Below, piece after piece: positions 62,036-64,000 of a DNA stretch of 64,000 nt. Within the stretch, counting starts at the first letter, position 1. Every line of letters begins with the position of its first letter. This DNA is from Klebsormidium nitens (lineage: Eukaryota > Plantae > Klebsormidiophyceae): the NCBI GenBank assembly GCA_000708835.1, contig DF236952.1, forward strand, positions 248,001 to 312,000, read 5' to 3'. The notes under the pieces were generated by a model. It saw only the letters and a program-made list of their open reading frames with translations. It searched no databases and was not told the DNA's origin. The position numbers and the translations under genes were made by a program.

Positions 62036-63885
62036 CAAGCTGAGACTTGATAGCAGGGTACCAGCTACCAGCTACAAAATACCTAGGCAGGAAGGTCACT
62101 TTCACTGGTGATTGCCCAGACGTCCTCCAAGCCGGAGCAGTGGCACTACTAGAGGCGCCGTAGGTACATACCTCACGTATATTTGAGTAGGTATTATTAA
62201 GTATTACAAAATTCAGTACTCGACCTAGGTATCATAGTAGGTACGCCAGAGAAAAGCGCAGGGCATCTGGATTCCAGGAAAGCTCGGAGTTTCTTTCAAG
62301 CTAGTACCTGCCCAGTCCATGATAAGATGACCGTCTTGCAAACCACGTGCTTATATCCTCCGTCCTGGATTGGGCGGAGGACACTTCGTGTCGCCAACCG
62401 GCCTGCATGATGGGGGGCGGTGTCATATGCATTACACATACGGACCATTCCGAGATAACGACATCTGATTGTGATGTCCACATCTAGTTTCAACACTCTT
62501 GTCCAATGAAACCAACATATCACAACTTTTCAGGGTTTGGTAAATTACGGGCTCGTTCTCTTAAACCCCGCCCGGCGGCCCGGTCCGGGCCGTTCCGCGC
62601 GCCCGCCGCAGTGCAGCGCGGCAAGCGCTGACCTTTTGAATAACATCGCGACGATTTTGCAGTATGCCCGTATTACGTGCATTCCAACGTCCCGAGAAGG
62701 AATGAAAGGCAAACAAGTTGTACATAAGCACAAGTTCCAATTGCAGTAACCTCGTTGAGCACGTTTGCGAATCCCCGATTTCGAATTGTTTATAATGCCT
62801 CAAAAGGTGAAGCACTGCGCCAGGTTTGGAAGCAGACTACTCTTCAGGCAGAGTCCCCATTATTGAGTCAAGAATTGCGGAAACGTCTTGCTTCGAGAAG
62901 GAGCCGGTGTTTGAGAAATGGCATTGTGGTCGCTTCAGCGTGGATCATCGTAGCTGGGAATTCTGCATCTTCTGGCAGGTACATGTTGTCAGCTCAGAGA
63001 GGCTAGCGTGATGTTTTTGGAGCGCTCCTGGACTGCTGAAGAGGGAGGTGTCACGAGAACCAGAGAAAGTCTCGGGAACATCAGTACCTCGTCATCCTAC
63101 CTACTGTGCATAAAAGACATTCCATTTGAATGGATTGGTGTTTGCCCTTTCCTTTCAATGCCTAAGCTTTTCTCTTCTCACAATTGGTGAACGACCTGGC
63201 TTGAGCTGATTATGCATAGCATACTCATATGGATCACAACAATTTCTATCCAATTCACGCAAACAATAGCTTGTTTACCGTTGGGAATGGATTCGTGACT
63301 CTCCCTTTTTAAGAGGGCTCAGTTCGCAGGATGCTATTGGTGAATAGGCTTGAACCAAGCAAGCTGCTTTAAGCGGCTACATTGCAAGCAGTTGGTTGCA
63401 GTAAGCACTAAAAGGAGGCGCGACTATAAGCTTTCAACTTCAAAAGGAGGGATCGGGATGGCCGATTGATGATTGATCTTGACTAAAGAACTTCCATTCT
63501 TGTTTTAATAGACTACACAACCTTCGTGCTGGAAGCAAAAGAGCTGTCGCTAACGCTTGTCTTCAATGATTGAAAGAGGTTGGGACACTCCTCCAGGTGG
63601 CCCCGACAATGCTCTCCCTCACTGCTGCTTACATGCTGCAGTTTCGTGAGCTCGATGGCTTCCAGTCCTGTCGATGGATTGCCTATGATATTGTGAGAGC
63701 AAGAGACCCCGAGGTGCTCTCACCAGGCTTTATAAGGGCGTCCAAGGCCGGCTGCTTTCCAAACGAAGAAGGTTCCATCTTCCAGCAGCTTCCTCTCGTC
63801 TACAAGATCTCCCTTACCGCCTCTTCAATCCAACACTGCATATCCCGCTGAAGCAAGCACGCCAGAGCCTCTGCCGAAAGCAACA

Positions 63886-63903
63886 ATGGCTTCCTCTCAG
63901 AAG
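63886..63903 (+). CDS. Probable first coding exon (MASSQK) of a gene continuing beyond the window
   Basis: CAACAATGGCT start context, followed by AAG|GTAAGC consensus donor; TATAA at 63731. Product unknown. Confidence 0.45.
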
Positions 63904-64000
63904 GTAAGCTTGACGTGCGGGTCGATACTGATCTGTGATGAATTTGTGTGTCCACACCCTTTGTTTGCAAGTTTGAAGTCTGGCTAATCGTTCAAAGTTG

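Overview
Eukaryotic, intron-rich genomic DNA; gene content, intron size and codon style suggest a streptophyte green alga such as Klebsormidium (inference). I reconstructed eight complete spliced genes by hand, each with phase-consistent splice sites: (1) an S6-kinase-like AGC kinase (-); (2) a cyanobacterial-type, probably plastid-targeted membrane Ser/Thr kinase (-); (3) an uncharacterised plant-type protein (-); (4-6) a secreted oxidase trio of glyoxal-oxidase-like (AA5) gene, germin-like gene and a second glyoxal-oxidase-like paralog; (7) a probably plastid-targeted class I SAM methyltransferase (-); (8) a secreted His-rich protein resembling the bacterial periplasmic zinc metallochaperone AztD (-). 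A ninth gene probably starts at the right edge. There is a 549-N assembly gap inside a repeat array. The main highlights are: an intron-containing eukaryotic AztD-like gene; a window-wide pattern of ~105-175 bp tandem duplications that straddle splice sites and leave decoy acceptors/donors in introns of five genes; the GLOX-germin-GLOX cluster with a conserved six-Cys loop; and 4 GC-AG introns among 47. All family assignments come from motif recognition from memory; no database searches were run.
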